The notes under the pieces are model-generated. The model worked only from the letters and a program-made list of their open reading frames with translations, did not search any database and was not told the DNA's origin. A stretch of DNA of 64,000 nucleotides. Origin: an uncultured Verrucomicrobiae bacterium. Lineage in GTDB: Bacteria; Verrucomicrobiota; Verrucomicrobiia; Limisphaerales; UBA11358. Positions within the stretch are counted from its first letter, which is position 1, and each line of letters starts with the position of its first letter. Position numbers and translations under genes: made by a program. The DNA is taken from the NCBI GenBank assembly GCA_963835625.1, contig CAWIGO010000011.1:2174-66173 (forward strand), in the 5' to 3' direction. Of this stretch, positions 63,586-64,000 are shown piece after piece.

Positions 63586-64000
63586 TTACATCCCCAAAAC
63601 TTTCACCGCTTCCGTGGCAAGGTTCAGCACCACGCTCGGAAATAAACCGAGCCAGAACATGCCCGCGATGCAAACGCAAACGGAAAACTTAACTGGCCCG
63701 GACAAACGAATCGGCGTCAAATCCGGCACGTCCTTGCTCCAGTAAATTGCGCGAACCACGCCGAAATAGTAATAGAGCGAAATCACAATCCCCGCCAGCG
63801 CCGTGAACGCGAGGCAATAATAACCCGGATTTGTCGAGCCTTGAGCGATGACGGCTTTGAGCAGTAAAAATTTCCCGAAAAATCCGGCCATGGGTGGAAT
63901 TCCCGCCAGCGACACCATTGACAGCGTCATTGTTGTGGCCAGCAAAGGCGAGCGCCGGTTCAAGCCTGCCAGCGCCGGAATATCCTCGCTTTCCAGATGT
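63586..64000 (-). CDS. nuoN: NADH-quinone oxidoreductase subunit N, C-terminal part (continues beyond window end)
   Basis: MVSLAGIPPMAGFFGKFLLL motif typical of NuoN/ND2. The reading frame stays open to base 64000. Confidence 0.85.
   Translation of the reverse strand, partial: HLESEDIPALAGLNRRSPLLATTMTLSMVSLAGIPPMAGFFGKFLLLKAVIAQGSTNPGYYCLAFTALAGIVISLYYYFGVVRAIYWSKDVPDLTPIRLSGPVKFSVCVCIAGMFWLGLFPSVVLNLATEAVKVLGM

Overview
High-GC (visually about 58-60%) chromosomal segment that looks like a Verrucomicrobia or other PVC-group bacterium: it has an H-X9-DG-type pseudopilin, a long PVC-style GreA and weak Shine-Dalgarno usage. The content is almost entirely housekeeping. In order it holds an hsp20-lon cluster, purF, pyrR-pyrB, mrp/apbC, sufD-sufU-sufT-sufS, ychF, a LysE exporter, pssA-psd, a frameshifted long GreA, rsmB, fabI and a peptide-acquisition cluster (M50, OPT, POT, M3 lipoprotein peptidase). 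These are followed by tRNA-Gly(UCC), pyrC, carA, an FHA protein, a pseudopilin, prfB with the classical programmed +1 frameshift, trpC and pdxA-surA. Next comes a TetR-controlled RND pump followed by an EmrAB-type MFS pump, with a single NodT outer-membrane factor between them. The rest is an APC permease, rplM-rpsI, argC-methyltransferase-argJ, ilvN-ilvC, an HTH-MBL fusion, family-4 UDG, dedA, uvrC, purC, xerD, a ferredoxin and the 3-prime end of nuoN. I do not see a convincing new multi-gene defence, secretion or toxin system. The unusual signal is a dense population of small structured repeats. (1) A REP/REPIN-like family has GTAGGG heads, two hairpins and a CCCTAC tail; stem changes between copies are compensatory. 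One 54-nt copy sits in frame inside uvrC. (2) An unrelated double hairpin sits in frame inside trpC. (3) Heptanucleotide tandem arrays (AATTCGC, AATCCGC, AATCTCA, AAGTCCA, CTCAACY, ACTTGAA, AATGACN) occur in intercistronic spacers. They also occur inside the reading frames of argJ, udg, rsmB and dedA. Secondary points are a visibly AT-richer two-gene island between rsmB and fabI, a truncated ABC-ATPase remnant next to the tRNA, and a methyltransferase embedded in the arg operon. All family calls rest on motif recognition by eye; no database search was run.
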